From Balanoglossus misakiensis (taxonomy: Eukaryota > Animalia > Hemichordata), in the NCBI GenBank assembly GCA_040954595.2, contig CM082595.2, positions 3,519,943-3,583,942 on the forward strand: a DNA stretch of 64,000 nt, read 5' to 3'. The position numbers were made by a program, and so were the translations under genes. Numbering within the stretch: the first letter of the stretch is position 1; each line of letters begins with the position of its first letter. Below are positions 63,467-64,000 of this stretch, in pieces. The notes under the pieces are model-generated. The model was not told the origin of the DNA. It did no database searches and saw only the letters and a list, made by a program, of their open reading frames with translations.

Positions 63467-64000
63467 GGCAACCAAATCAATGTGGAATGTTCATTCTGAA
63501 AGTACACAAATGAAATGAGAAAATAATGAAGAGACAGAACACAAAGTTCACATAAGGTCATGAAATAAATTATTAATATACATGTAGCTGATCACTGTGG
63601 TAGCTTATTTCCTAATGCATCAGCATTTCAACATATCTCTATATTTTTATTGACATATGTGATGTACAACAGCCAGAACGTCATGTTTCAACTAAAATCA
63701 CCATTTTGCATCATGAATAGGCTCTGGATAGAAACGTTTAAATTCAAGGTCTTTAAAATGAAATTTGTCTTCAAATGTGAAAAGGAAAACCAAAGAAAAT
63801 CCCTCCTGTTGCCTCCCTTCTTTCCATAAAAGAAATCTACTTAGCCATTTTCCAACTGACTGCTTCAGTTTCCTGTTACATTCATAACAACACACAGACC
63901 ATATTGAGAGTAACGCTACCCTGCAGCCATTGCTGATATGGGTACATTATTACATTTATTAAATAAAGAAACTGTGTTATCCAAATCAATAGTTCTTTGC

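Noticed and set aside
61631-63518. Overlapping alternative-frame and antisense ORFs in the KLHL gene
   Set aside because: Shadow ORFs from codon bias.

Overview
Eukaryotic, AT-rich, intron-containing metazoan DNA; the gene content suggests an invertebrate deuterostome such as a hemichordate or echinoderm (inference only). Left to right: (1) the 5' end of a phospholipase C eta-like gene on the minus strand, with a PH-domain exon at 176-319 and candidate alternative first exons up to about 22 kb; (2) a complete 20-exon SMG8 gene (minus, 30211-39655) with GT-AG, GC-AG and U12-type introns; (3) head-to-head with it, a 5-exon, about 1618-aa ZAP/PARP12-like gene (plus, 40673-46412) with four copies of the 4xCCCH RNA-binding module (17 CCCH fingers), WWE domains, an H-Y-I ADP-ribosyltransferase domain, a C-terminal CaaX box and NF-kB/IRF-like promoter motifs; (4) a spliced 154-aa four-TM gene not captured as a whole by the ORF track (49204-50325); (5) an aminergic-like class A GPCR (minus, 53678-54649) lying between two inverted arrays of an 88-bp satellite (51221-53448 and 55829-60000); (6) a KLHL9/13/14-like gene (minus, 61487-63466). 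Several MITEs and microsatellites are also present. Exon models were built by eye from splice consensus and frame continuity. Family assignments rest on remembered motifs, not database searches.
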